Shown here piece by piece: positions 26,961-39,224 of a stretch of 64,000 bases of DNA. The notes beneath the pieces are model-generated. The model saw only the letters and a program-made list of their open reading frames with translations. It had not been told where the DNA came from and did not search any database. Location of the stretch: NCBI RefSeq assembly GCF_004010195.1, contig NC_057719.1, positions 9,395,804 through 9,459,803 of the forward strand, in the 5' to 3' direction. This DNA is from Chiloscyllium plagiosum. Its lineage: Eukaryota. The position numbers were made by a program, and so were the translations under genes. The number at the start of each line of letters is the position of its first letter. Position 1 is the stretch's first letter.

Positions 26961-28506
26961 TTTTTCAGAACCCAGTTTAGTTTTCAGTTTGTTAAAATGT
27001 TAACTCTGTTTCTCTCTCTCCGCAGATGTTGTCAGATCTGCTGAGTTTCTCCAGATTTTCTGTGTTTGTTTCATGTCTCTTTTTGCATTGTCCTCCCTTC
27101 AGACCTCTAGTGTTCTTTGGAACTGGAATCAAAGGCAGATGCAGTGTTGAGTCTAGCCTCTATGCTCACATAACCTACTCCTTTGCGTTCTGGTATGCTT
27201 TCATCTCCATTTGTCCTCCCATCTCTTCTTTGTCCCCCCACCTCACTAAATGCCTCGTAAGGATAGTGTCTGGAGGCAGAAGAAGTTGAGGAATAACCGA
27301 CTGAATGAGGAATTGGTTGAGTGGATCCAATTCAAAGTACCCAAGCGAGCTTTCTCTATCGATGAAAACCCTTGTGCTCCAATGCAAATTTCTTTGGTAG
27401 AATAAGCGGTTGCTGCAGGAGCAATAATATATTCAGTGAAGAAGCTGAACTGAAATCAAGACATGACGGGCTCCCGTTGCTCTTTCCACTGTTTTCCTCC
27501 TCTTCGCAAGTTATTATCAGCTTTCAATATCCTTGTACTAACAGGTTTGGAATAACAGGGCTAACACTTCAGAAACAGTGGCATAGTTGGCACCAGCAGC
27601 ATTTTGCAAACTTGATCTCCATTTGCAATTACCACTCCTGCCCAGAAGGATGGGGAATGACCCCTTTGCACTTTTTGCTATAAATTCACTGATCTCTTGA
27701 TTTCCATTTAGACTTGAACTGTGATGTGAGTCAGCAGGTACTGCTGATTCATTTTATTTATTGTAAATTAGTAACCGTCTAGTGCAGTGTTTTCTCTCGA
27801 CCTTGCGCTGAGTGGTGGTTTAGGAGGATTCACCAAGATAAAAAATTAAACAAACTGATGTTTTAACTGCTCTGCTGTTGTAATTGAAACAGATTTACAA
27901 GACAATGGCAATCCACCGCTGAAGCTGCTTTGTAATACCAATCAGCGCACAAGCCACTTTTGAATAAGGAACAATGGAAGCTACCAGATAGTTACAAGGC
28001 AGAATTGAGAGGTTAGATCACTTACCTGGAGAATTAATGTCCAGGAGATATTACAAGATTGCAATCCAATGGAGTAATTCACAATGACTCATATATCAGA
28101 GATTGTAAAACTTTAACCTTCACCTGGGGAATATGATGATGAGGATGGTTGTTGAATGTCAAACAAAGATGGTTAGATTACCTCTTAATTGTGACTGTCT
28201 CGCACATAGGAACATAACTCAGTTGTCAGCTCAAACCTGAATGTTTTGTCAGAGTCTTGCTGCACATGGACAAGGGTTGCTTCAGCATCTTAGAAGATGG
28301 GAATAGTGCTAAAGATTGGGCAATTATGAGCAAAAATCCCACTTCTGGTCTTCTGGTAATGGAAAATCTTTGACGAAGCAGCTGAAGATAGTTGGGGGTC
28401 AGAGCCGACAGTGAGCAGCTCCTGCAGTGGACTGAGATCATTGGCATTCAACAACCACTTTGATCTTCCTTTGTGACTCCACCCAGCAGAGAATTTCCAC
28501 AGGCTG

Positions 28507-28665
28507 GAAATGTGTTGCTGGAGAAGCGCAGCAGGTCAGGCAGCATCTAGGGAACAGGAGAATCGACGTTTCGGGCATTAGCCCTTCTTCAGGAATCAGC
28601 CCTTCTCCAGCAACACATTTCCATCTCTGATCTCCAGCATCTGCAGACCTCATTTTCTCTTCAAA
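28507..28665 (+). mobile_element. PLE pLTR-derived insertion (family A) with inverted arm carrying a hammerhead core; 15-bp TSD
   Basis: TSD aatttccacaggctg at 28492-28506 and 28666-28680; gaaatgtgttgctggagaag / cttctccagcaacacatttc inverted arms; core on minus at 28561-28596. Confidence 0.9.
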
Positions 28666-28842
28666 AATTTCCACAGGCTGCCCTTGCATACTCAGAAACA
28701 ATGGATTGCTGGGATAAGTTACACACACAATTTACTTGAAGGGTTCAGAAAATTTCTACACACTTAATAATGGACATTTGAAAGGAGATTACAGGGTGCA
28801 AATGATTAACAGATGTTCAGAAAATGGGAATGGAGAAAGACA

Positions 28843-29163
28843 CAGGGTGGCACGATGGCTCAGTTGCTAGCACTGCTACCTCACAGTGCCAGGGGCCAGG
28901 GTTCAATTCCAGCCTCAGGTGACTGTCTGTGTGGAGATTGCACATTCTCCCCGTGTCTGCGTGGATTTCCTCCCACAATCCAAAGATGTGCAGGTCAAGT
29001 GAATTGGCCATGCTAAATTGCCCATAGTGTTCAGGTAACTGTAGGTGAGGTGCATCAGTCTGGGGTAACTGTAGAGGAATGGGTCTGGGTGGGTTACTCT
29101 TTGGAGGGTCAGTGTGGACTTGTTGGGCTGAAGGACCTGTTTCAACGCTGTAGGGATTCTGTG
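28843..29163 (+). mobile_element. HE1-type V-SINE, full length
   Basis: A box tggctcagttgc, B box ggttcaattcc, V core, ctgtagggattct tail. Confidence 0.92.
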
Positions 29164-29685
29164 ACAAAGACCTGGCATTTGGGTAATTGAGTGAAAAGAA
29201 ATTTCGCAGACATTTGAATGTGAGGAGCAGTACTTTAGAATCTGAAGTTAAAAGTCATTAAATCAGTAGGAGCATGTGTTCTTGTTTCCAGCACACATTT
29301 TCAGTTTTATGTCCTGTACTTTATTCTGTATTGGCCTGTTTATGTGTTGACAGCATCTGTCAAGATGGAACCAACTGTTAGTACATTCCACGTCCTTGAA
29401 ACATGGCGATCCTCACAGGAGAGATTAACCGCATTGACATCCACATTTACCGAAAAGTAATCTGTCTTTAATTGCAGATGTGGTCTACTTCTAGTAAGTG
29501 CACTATCCCTAATTCAAAGTCACAGAGTTTGAAACATCTAAATATTTCCACATCCTTAGACCTTTGATTTCTAACACTGCTGGGTTAGTTACACTGCTGA
29601 TCTTAATTATTGCATAATTCAGATACTTGCAGCAATAAAAATGATTCTAAAAAAATGAACCAGGAGCCGGTCATTTACACTGGGT

Positions 29686-30198
29686 CATAAGACCATAAGA
29701 CATAGGAGTGGAAGTAAGGCCATTCGGCCCATTGAGTCCACTCCGCCATTCAATCATAGCTGATGGGCATTTCAACTCCACTTACCCGAATTCTCCTCGT
29801 AGCCCTTAATTCCTTGTGACGTCAAGAATTTATCAATCTCTGCCTTGAAGACATTTAGCGTCCTGGCCACCACTATCATTTCTAATATTACTGGCTAGCC
29901 TACCTTCATATTTGATCCTCTCCTTCCTTATTTCTCTCTTTGTTATCCTCTGTTTGTTTTTGTAGCCTTCCCAATCTTCTGATTTCCCAGTGCTCTTGGC
30001 CACTTTATAGGATCTCTCTTTTTCTTTAATACATTTCCTGACTTCCTTTGTCAGCCATGGCTGTCTAATCCCTCCCCGGATAATCTTTCTTTTCTTGGGG
30101 ATGAACCTCTGTACAATGTCCTCAATTATACTCAAAACTCCTGCCATTTTTGTTCTACTGTCTTCGCCGCTAAGCTCTGCTTCCAGTCTATTTTCGTC
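29686..30198 (-). mobile_element. Internally deleted copy of the 6436-9670 CR1 subfamily
   Basis: 29686-29870 matches about 6440-6625 and 29875-30198 matches about 8260-8585; gtcat at both ends (29684-29688, 30196-30200). Confidence 0.88.
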
Positions 30199-30627
30199 AT
30201 GGAACATCCTGAAAGCTGCAGCAGTGATAACAGAAACTGCTTGTATTCGTCAGTGTTCATCAAGGACATGGAACTCACTTGGAGTGACATCATTCACTGG
30301 TAATTTAGCGAGACGCTATGGTAACAAGACAAAGACCATTTCTGGGTGACCCCATTTGGTGGTTATTATTCAGGCTAACAGTGACACCTAGACACTGAAT
30401 TTATTTTTGACAATACTGCATTTTTGTTCAAGTGAAAATTACTTGAAAATTATAACATGTGAGTATTTCCTCTGGTCAATGTGTGTTAGAGACATTGTAA
30501 GCCGAGAAGATAGACTTCCTCTGATCTCCCTATATGTTAATGACTTAGTAAATACAGCAGGCAGATTCTCTTTGTGCGAGTGACACTATAATGACCGCAG
30601 TAACACTCTGTGAATATCATAGGGTCA

Positions 30628-30728
30628 TAGTATCATAGAGATGAACAGCATGGAAACAAACCCTTCAGACCAACCCGTCCATGCCAATCAGATATCCCAA
30701 CCCAAATTGGACCCACCTGCCAGCACCC
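30628..30728 (-). mobile_element. CR1 3' tail inserted in the edge of the minisatellite
   Basis: tcatagagatgaacagcatggaaac...; ggtca duplicated at 30623-30627 and 30729-30733. Confidence 0.8.
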
Positions 30729-33692
30729 GGTCACTGTAAATAAAGGAGAAAGATTGTGTGTTGGGACACTGTAAATATAGCAGGAAGACTGTGCGCTAGG
30801 GACATTGTAAATATAACAGTAAGAATGTGCGTTAGGGACACTGTATATATCGCAGGAAGACTGTGTGTTAGGGACACAGTAAATATAGTAGGAAGACTGT
30901 GCATTCGGGATACCGAAAATATATCAGGAAGACTGTGCGTTATGGACACTGTAAATATAGCAGGAAGACTGTGCTAGAGACACTGTAACTATTGCAGGAA
31001 GACTGTGTGTTAGGGACACTGTAAACATAGCAGGAAGACTGTGTGTTACGGACACTGTAAAAATAACAGGAAGACTGTGTGTTACGGACACTGTAAAAAT
31101 AGCAGGAAGACTGTGTGTTAGGGACACTGTAAATATAGCCGGAAAACAGTGTGTTAGGGTCACTGTAAATATAGCAGGAAGACTGTGTGTTAGGGACACT
31201 GAATTTATAGTAGGATGACTCTGTGTTAGGGACACTGTAAATATAGCAGGAAGTCTGTGTGTCAGGGTCACTGTGAATTTGGCAGGAAGACTGTGTGTTG
31301 GGACACTGGAAATAAAGCTGGAAGACTGTGTGTTAGGGACACTGAATTTATAGCAGGATGACTCTGTGTTAGGGACACTGTAAATATAGCAGGAAGTCTG
31401 TGTGTCAGGGTCACTGTGAATTTGGCAGGAAGACTGTGTGTTGGGACACTGGAAATAAAGCTGGAAGACTGTGTGTTAGGGACACTGTAAATATAGCCAG
31501 AAAACAGTGTGTTAGGGTCACTGTAAATATAGCAGGAAGACTGTGTGTTAGGGACACTGTAAATATAGCAGGAAGACTGTGTGTTAGGGACACTGTAAAT
31601 ATAGCTGGAAAACAGTGTGTTAGGGTCACTGTAAATATAGCAGGAAGTCTGTGTGTTAGGGACACTGTAAATATAGCAGGAAGACTGTGTGTCAGGATCA
31701 CTGTAAATATAGCAGGAAGACTGTGTTGGGGCACTGTAAATATAGCAGGAAGACTGTGTTAGGGACACTTTAAATACAGCAGGAAGATTGTGTTATGGAC
31801 ACTGTAAATATAGCTGGAAGTCTGTGTATTAGGAACACTGTAAATATAGCAGGAAGTCTGTGTGTTAGGGACACTGTAAATATAGCAGGAATACTGTGTT
31901 AGGGGCACTGTAAATATAGCAGGAAGACTGTGTATTAGGGACACTAAACATAGCAGAAAGACTGTTTGTTAGGGTCACTGTAAATATAGCAGAAAGACTG
32001 TGCGTTGGGACACTGTAAATATAGCAGGGAGACTGCGTTAGGGACACTGTAAATAAAGCAGGAAGACTCTGTGTGAGGGACACTGTAAATATAGCAGGAA
32101 GACTGTTTGTTAGGGACACTGTAAATATAGCAGGAAGACTGTGTGTTAGGGACTCTATAAATATAGCAGGAAGACTGTGTGTTGGGCCACTGTAAATATA
32201 GCAGGAAGACTCTGCGTTAGGGACACTGTAAATATCGCAGGAAGACGGTGTTGCGACACTGTAAATAAAGCAAGAAGACTGTGCGTTAGGGACACTGTAA
32301 ATATAGCAAGAAGACTGTGTGCTAGGGACACTAAATATAGCAGGAAGACTGTGCGTTAGGGACACTGTAAATATAGCAGGAAGTCTGTTTGTTAGGGACA
32401 CTGTAAATATAGCAGGAAGACTGTGTGTTAGGTCACTGTAAATATAGCAGGAAGACTGTGTTAGGACACTGTAAATATAGCAGGAAGACTGTGTGTTACG
32501 GGCTCTGTAAATATAGCAGGAAGACTGTGTATTAGGGACACTGTAAATATAGCAGGAAGACTGTTTGTTAGGGACACTGTAAATATAGTAGGAAGACTGT
32601 GTATTAGGGACACTGTAAATATTGCAGGAAGTCTGTGCGTTAGGGGCACTGTAAAGTATAGCAGGAAGACTGTATGTTAGGGGCACTGTAAATATAGTAG
32701 GAAGACTGTGTATTAGGGACACTGTAAATATAGCAGAAAGACTGTGTTAGGGACACTGTAAACATAGCAGGAAGACTGTATGTTAGGGACACTGTAAGTA
32801 TAGCAGGAAGTCTGTGTGTTAAGGACACTGTAAATATAGCAGGAAGACTGTATGTTAGGGACACTGTAAGTATAGCAGGAAGTCTGTGTGTTAGGGACAC
32901 TGTAAATATAGCTGGACGACTGTGTGTTAGGGGCACTGTAAATATAGCAGGTAGACTGTGTGGTAGGGGCACTGTGAATATAGCAGGAAAACTGTGTTAG
33001 GGGCACTGTAAATATATGAGGAAGACTGTGAATTAGGGACACTGTAAATATAGTAGGAAAACTGTGTGTTACGGGCACTATAAATATAGCAGGAAGACTG
33101 TGAGTTAGGGACACTGTAAATAGAGCAGGAAGACTGTGAGTTAGGGACACTGTAAATATAGTAGGAAGACTGTGTGTTACGGGCACTATAAACATAGCAG
33201 GAAGACTGTGAATTAGGGACACTGTAAATATAGGAGGAAGACTGTGTGTTACGGGCACTATAAATATAGCAGGAAGTCTGTGTGTTAGGGATACTGTAAA
33301 TATAGCAGGGAGACTGTGTGATAGGGACACTGTACATCTCGCAGGAATAATGTGTGTTATGATCACTGTAAATATAGCAGGAAGACTGTGTGTTAGGTAT
33401 ACTATAAATATAGCAGGTGGACTGTGTTAGGGACACTGTAATTATAGCTGGAAGTCTGTATTGGGGACACTGTAAATATAGCAGGAAGACTGTGTTAGGG
33501 GCACTGTAAATATAGCAGGAAGACTGTTTGTTAGGGTCACTGTAAATATAGCAGGAAGACTGTGTGTTAGGGACACTGTAAATATAGCAGGAAGACTGTG
33601 TTAGGGGCACTATAAATATAGCAGGAAATCTGTGAGTTAGGGGCACTGTTAATATAGCAGGAAGACTTTGCATTAGGGGCACCGTAAATACA
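30729..33692. repeat. 36-bp minisatellite (with 34/35-bp variants), roughly 80+ copies
   Basis: Unit ggacactgtaaatatagcaggaagactgtgtgttag; degenerate monomers extend left to about 30480. Confidence 0.98.
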
Positions 33693-34034
33693 TCAAGCTG
33701 TTCTCTGCTCTCTGTGTGCATCAGTGAGACTGTAGACATAGCCATAATCACTCAAAATTAATTACATTAAGCAGATCCTGAAACCAAGGTGGGAGACTCC
33801 CACGCGGGCCGCGGGAATGCCAAAGCAATGTACTCCATACTTCCCTGAAAAGGTCAGTGATACTTGCGAGTTCCTGACTGTCTCCAATCAAAATAGAGAA
33901 AGTCCATTCAGAAAGGTACCAAACAGACCTGAAGACTTTGTCAGAGACGTGCAGAGGTGAAGTCAAAATGGACCACCGAGCCAATAAACCATCTCCCGAA
34001 TCCTTCAAAGCACCACCCGGCCATTACATGGGGA

Positions 34035-34350
34035 GTGGCTGTGATAGCCCAGTGATCTTGCCAATGAACTGATAATCCAGGGACCCAGGTAATGTTCTGG
34101 TGAGCTGGGTTCAAATCCCATCACAGCATGTGGTGGAATTGCAATTTCAATTCAATAAAACATTGAATTAAAAGTGTGATGATGACCAGTTGTTGATTGT
34201 CATAAAGCCCATCTGGTTCACTAATGTCCTGTGTAAAAGGAATGTGGTGTCCGTCTCTGCACTGGTCTACATGTGACGCTTATTAGGGATGGGCAATAAA
34301 TGCTGGCCCAACCACAAAAACCTATATCCCAAGGCTGAATTTAGAAAAAG
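34035..34350 (+). mobile_element. DeuSINE-like (SacSINE1-like) SINE
   Basis: B box gggttcaaatccc, cccatctggttcactaatgtcc core, attagggatgggcaataaatgctgg tail. Confidence 0.65.
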
Positions 34351-34654
34351 GCTACAGGTCATCCATTTGGCTTCTCAGAATCCATTACACTGGAGTCGTC
34401 TTCGATCTCTGAGGGACTGAAATGCATTGGGAATCATCCTCCTTGGTCATGATATTGTGAACACAGGAGTGTGAAAAAGTGAGCATCTTCTATACTTGCG
34501 TGAGCAAAGATGTTTTTTTTTCACAATTCTCAGACGCTAAGCAACAATGAATGGAAACTAAGAGGAGGAATTGGGCAATTGTGAGGTGCAGCTACATCAC
34601 TGAAATATGCGGGGTAAATATCAGTCAGGAATGCCCCACTTTTCTTCAATAAGA

Positions 34655-35167
34655 TACTATTTCATTGGAGGCAGTTCAGAGCGGGTTCTCTGAGGTAATC
34701 CCCGGTATTAAGGGATTGCCTTATGAGCAAAGATTAAACATGTTGGGGCCTCATTGGAATTTAGAAGAACAAGACGTGATCTCATTGAAACATAGAGAAT
34801 CCTTAAGGGGCTTAACAGGGTAAATGCTGAGAGGACGTTTCCCCTTATGAGCGATTCCACGACCAGAGGGCAAAATCTCAGAATAAAGAGGTGACAATTT
34901 AAGACTGAGGTGAGGGGGAGTTTTTCTTCTCTCAGAGGGGTGAGATTCTTTATAATCTCTTGCCGCAGAGAGCGGAGTGGGGGAGAGTCCTTGTGTAAGT
35001 TTAAGGCTGAGATAGATAGATTCTTGATCAGTCGGGGAATCTAGGGTTACGGGGGAAATGCAAGTCAGTGTACGTAAGATATGTCGGATGAGTATGATCC
35101 AATTGAATGACGCAGCAGGTTCAAGGGGCAGAATGGCTAAATTCTGCTCCTATTTCTTATGGTCTTA
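34655..35167 (+). mobile_element. CR1 LINE 3' fragment
   Basis: ttggaggcagttcag...RRDLIET..., 3' UTR ending cctatttcttatggtctta. Confidence 0.82.
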
Positions 35168-35231
35168 ACCCATGCTTTGGGATGTTTGTTAGCCCCCTAG
35201 GGGTGTAGACATGACCTTTAATCTGTGAATA

Positions 35232-35362
35232 GGAGACGGTGAGGACTGCAGATACTGGCAAGTCAGAGTCAAAAAGTGTGGCACCCGAAAAGCACAACAG
35301 GTCAGGCAGCATCCGAGGAGCAAGAGACTTGACGTTTTGGGTATAAGTCCTTCATCAGGGAT
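35232..35362 (-). mobile_element. PLE pLTR-derived short element (family A)
   Basis: gtgaggactgcagatactgg...gtcaggcagcatccgagg...ccttcatcagg; degenerate hammerhead core. Confidence 0.8.
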
Positions 35363-35613
35363 GCCGATTAGTAATCATTCAGATTACAGTGGTGTTTGTA
35401 TGTGTTGCAAGTAAACATGATATTTTCACCTTGTTGGGAAGTCAATGCCAGAAGTCAACAGTATAAGATAGTTAACAATTATTCCAACAGGGCAGTCAAG
35501 AGAAAACTCTTTCCCTTGAGAGTGAAAAGTGCTTCCACAAGGTGTCATGGATCACTTTGATGCATGTAAAGTGAAGCTGAATGAGGGAGTACAGAATTGA
35601 AGGATATGCTGAT

Positions 35614-35935
35614 TGGGTAGCACTGCTGCTTCACAGCTCCAGGAATCAGGGCTCAGGCGGTCATCTGCGTAGAGTTTGCACATTCTCCCTGTGTCTGTGC
35701 GGATCTCCCCCAGGATACTCTAGTTTCCTCCCACAGTCCAAAACTGTGCAGCGTAGGTGGATTGGCCATGCTAAATTGCCATGGAGAGTCTGAGGTTGTG
35801 CTGGCAAGGCGGATTAGCCATGTTAGATGCAGGATGACAGGGATAGGGTAGGGGACTGGGTTTGAGTGGGCTGCTCTTCGGAGGGTTGGTGCAGACTCGA
35901 TGGGCCAAATGGCACTGGAGGGTTCTTTGATTCTG
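35614..35935 (+). mobile_element. HE1-type V-SINE
   Basis: V core and CR1-like tail. Confidence 0.82.
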
Positions 35936-36431
35936 AGTGGGCAAGATTGGGAGGAGGCTTGGTGTGCATCATAAATCCTGGCATCGACCTTTGGAGCAAG
36001 TGGCTTGTTTCTCTGCTGTACATTCAGTAGAATTATGTTATAACTGTGCATGTGAAATCTTGTCAGTTCAGAACTGAATTTGCTCATCTTGTTGCCAAAG
36101 GCTTTGTAGCAATTCGCTTCCCCGTATTTCTCCTCCACTGAACTGGAAGTGCGCCTAAGTGAACTGAAAATACCTCCACAACTTTGTACCCAGTGTCTCT
36201 CTCTATACTATCAGTTGTTGCAAGTCATCCCCAGAAAAAGTCAATGAGCACAGTTTTATACTGCACAGTGAATTGGGCTGGCATAATAGAATTTAGATCA
36301 TACCTTCTATCGTTATTTAGATCGTCACATTCCTTAACGGAGTTATGAATTTCTAGGGAAAATCAAATGTGAGAACAAAAGAACTATTATGAATACAGTA
36401 AATGTTTTTGCTTTATTCTCATTTAAATTGT

Positions 36432-36700
36432 GAGGCAGTGTTGTTGTGGTAATGTCACTGAACTCAGTAATCCAGAACTCCAGGCTAATGCTCTCGTTCA
36501 AATTGCACCATGGCAAATGTGGAAATTTGAATATAATAAAATCGAGTATTAAAAGCTGGTTGGATGGTGAACAATGGAGTCATGCTCGATTGTCAGAAAT
36601 GGCTCATCAGGTTCCCAAATGCCCTGTGGGTAAGGGAAATCTGCCATTCTGACCTGGTTTGGCCTACACGTGACTCCAGACCTACAGCAATCCAGTTGAA
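36432..36700 (+). mobile_element. DeuSINE-like SINE
   Basis: Head gtggtaatgtcactgaactcagtaatccag; core ggaaatctgccattctgacctggtttggcctacacgtgactccagac. Confidence 0.65.
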
Positions 36701-36788
36701 GACAGCAGTCGGCCATTCAATTGCTCAAGCCTGCTCTAAAAAAGCAAAGATCATTACAGCACAGGAACAGGCCCTTTGGCCCTCCAAG

Positions 36789-36912
36789 ACAAAAGTGAGG
36801 ACTGCAGATGCTGGAAATCAGAGTTTAGATTAGAGTGGTGCTGGAAAAGCACAGCAGGTCAGGCAGCATCCGAGGAGCAGGAAAATCGACGTTTCGGGCA
36901 AAAGCCCTTCAA
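36789..36912 (-). mobile_element. PLE pLTR-derived short element (family A)
   Basis: aaagtgaggactgcagatgctgg...gacgtttcgggcaaaagcccttca; flanked by cctccaag / cctctaag. Confidence 0.85.
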
Positions 36913-37094
36913 CCTCTAAGCCTTGGCCCATCCATATCCTTATTCTAAACATGCTGTCTATTTTCTAAAAAAAAATATGCTATTCAATATGATCATGGCT
37001 GATTATCCAACTCAATATCCTAATTCCACCCTCCCCCATATCCCTTGATCTCTTTCACCACAATAGTTATATCTGCCTCGTTGAAATCAGGGCA

Positions 37095-37958
37095 ATTAGG
37101 AATGGGAATTTGCTTGGGTTTGTACTTGCTGGAGTGCAGAAGCATGAGGGGGGAATCTGACTGAGGTGTATAAAACACTGAAGGGGATTGGTAAGGTGGA
37201 CATTGAGTGCACAGATGCTCCATCTTGTGTGGGACAGTCTCGAACAAGAGGGCGTGGATATTGAGTGAGGGGGGGTAGGTTCAAAACTGAGATGAGGAGA
37301 AACTACTCTCGATGAGTTGTGATTCTGTGGGACTCCATGCCTCAGAGTGCAATGGAGGCAGAATCATTCAATAGATTCATGAAAGAAATAGATGTGTTTC
37401 TGACAAAAATGGAAAAAGGGCTGGAAACTGGAGTTGAGACCAGGATAAGATCAATCATAATCATGTTAAATGGTACAGTAGCTCAAAGGGGCGAATTGCT
37501 TGTTCCCGCTCCTGATTCCCAAGTTCCTGTGAAATAAATGCTTGGCCATGAATGAATAATAACAACTGAACCACAAATTCTCATTCATTAACGAAAACTT
37601 TGCACATTGTATTTTAGCTCAACTCATTCTTGAGTTCCCATTTCACTTCGTCCTATTTGAGGTATTATTCAGAAATTTTATGTTGCATTGTTTATTTTAT
37701 CATTTGAGTTACAAACAGAGGTTGGATAGGCTGGGACTTTTTCCCCCCCCCGGAGGATAGGAGACTGAGGCGTGACCTGAGAGACGTCTATAAAACCATG
37801 AGATGCCTAGACAATGTAGATAGCCCACAACTTTTCCCCATCAGTAGGAGGAGTCTAAAACTGGAGGGCATAGGTTTAAGATGAGAGGGGAGTGATACAA
37901 AAGGGTTTAGAGGGGCAATTGTATTCACAGAGAAGATGGTGAGTCTCTGAAACAGGCT
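37095..37958 (+). mobile_element. Two CR1 3' fragments (about 37095-37530 and 37716-37958)
   Basis: LGLYLLECRSMRG..., LWDSMPQSAMEAES; LDRLGLF...RLRRDL. Confidence 0.75.
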
Positions 37959-38610
37959 GGAGAAAGTGAGGTCTGCAGATGCTGGAGATCAAAGTTGAAA
38001 CTTTATTGCTGGAACAGCACAGCAGGTCAGGCAGCATCCAGGGAACAGGAGATTCGACGTTTCGGGCACAGGCCCTTCTTCAGGAATGAGCAGAGAGTGT
38101 TCAGCAGGAGAAGATAAAAGGTAGGGAGGAGGGACTTGGAGGAGGGGCGTTGGAAATGTGATAGGTGGAAAGAGGTCAAGGTGAGGGTGATAGGTCGGAG
38201 TAGGATGGAGGCGGAGAGGTCAAGAAGAAGACTGCAGGTCAGGAAGGCGGTGCCGGGCTGGAGGGATCCGGCTAAGACAAGGTGGGGGGAGGGGGGATGA
38301 AGAAACTGGTGAAGTCCAAGTTCATCCCCTGCGGTTGGAGGGTTCCCAGTCGGAAGATAAGACGCTCCTCCTCCGACCGTCGGGTTGTTGTGGTTTGGCG
38401 GTGGATGAGTCCAATGACCTGCATATCCTCGGTGGAGTGGGAGGGGGAGTTGAAATGCTGTGCTCCAGGTTGGTTGGGTTGGTTCGTCCGGGTGGCCCAG
38501 AGGTGCTCTCTGAATCGCTCCGCAAGTAGGCGGCCTGTCTCTCCCTCTATATTGGGGAGACAGGCCGCCTACTTGCGGAGCGATTCAGAGAGCACCTCTG
38601 GGCCACCCGC
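37959..38610 (-). mobile_element. Penelope-like element 3' end: GIY-YIG endonuclease C-terminus, 3' pLTR with hammerhead, inverted 5' end
   Basis: Minus frame from 38541 reads ETGRLLAERFREHLWATRTNQPNQPGAQHFNSPSHSTEDMQVIGL...EEERLIFRLGTLQPQGMNLDF; the inverted piece on + reads LYIGETGRLLAERFREHLWATR. Confidence 0.92.
38052..38087 (-). ncRNA. Minimal type I hammerhead ribozyme motif (PLE family A)
   Basis: Minus strand: AUUC CUGAAGA A GGGC CUGU GCCC GAAA C GUC GAAU; stem I AUUC/GAAU and stem II GGGC/GCCC pair perfectly. Confidence 0.8.
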
Positions 38611-39224
38611 AACAGGGAAAGGACCCCTCCCCCACTGAGTGTCAGAGTTGAACCTTACAACTCTCCATTGTAAAGGTTGAGAATTAGGACATGGGGATGT
38701 TTGTCAAGCAAACAGTGAACACTTGTTTCGGTCACGAGATTGTTGCCATTAATGGATGGGATGCAAATGGATGGTCAAGACACTGGAAACTTTCAATGGA
38801 AAAGCAACAGATAAAAGACTTTTAGATGGTAGACTTGGGACTCTTAGTAAACTTCCTTTTATTCAAACTAATTCGCCCTACTTTTTTTTATTGTGGTCAT
38901 AGCTTTACTCAGCAAAGCAGTAGTACAATGAAGTCTCAACGTTAATGGCAAGAACTGCATGGACATTGGAAAATTGTACCACCACTCAAGCATTTCCCTT
39001 TGCAATTAATGAGGTAATTGGTACCACTTCACATAGATATAGTCTGCCAATAGTAATTTCATATAAATATACATTTTGGGATAAATGGAGCCATGATTTG
39101 GATCTCTAACACATCGGAGCACTGGTTGACATTGGCCCCTTGTATGGGACAGAATCAGTCTGACCATTGTGCCACAGACAGTCTCACACAGGGAAGCTCA
39201 CACCTTCAATACATTATCTGGGCC

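Noticed and set aside
27100..27690. Unique sequence with several short ORFs
   Set aside because: No recognisable protein and no consistent acceptor/donor pair preserving a frame.
28021..28125. Strong minus-strand donor (CAG/GTAAGT) with an upstream AG
   Set aside because: All three frames contain stops; at most a non-coding exon, and unsupported.
28843..28920. tRNA-like sequence with A and B boxes (also other HE1 heads, 23710-23910 and 60690-60790)
   Set aside because: These are SINE heads continuing into SINE bodies, and I could not build a full cloverleaf.
30729..33692. CRISPR-like periodicity (36 bp; also 30 bp at 17930-18565)
   Set aside because: The units are head-to-tail with no unique spacers, there are no cas genes, and the context is vertebrate.
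30731..33751. Many ORFs up to 285 aa with SLTHSLPAIFTV / PNTQSSCYIYSV repeats
   Set aside because: Produced by a 36-bp stop-poor tandem unit; frequent 34/35-bp units shift the frame, so there is no sign of coding constraint.
33748..34008. 86-aa minus ORF with a small CpG-rich patch next to the minisatellite
   Set aside because: No homology recognised and no convincing splice signals.
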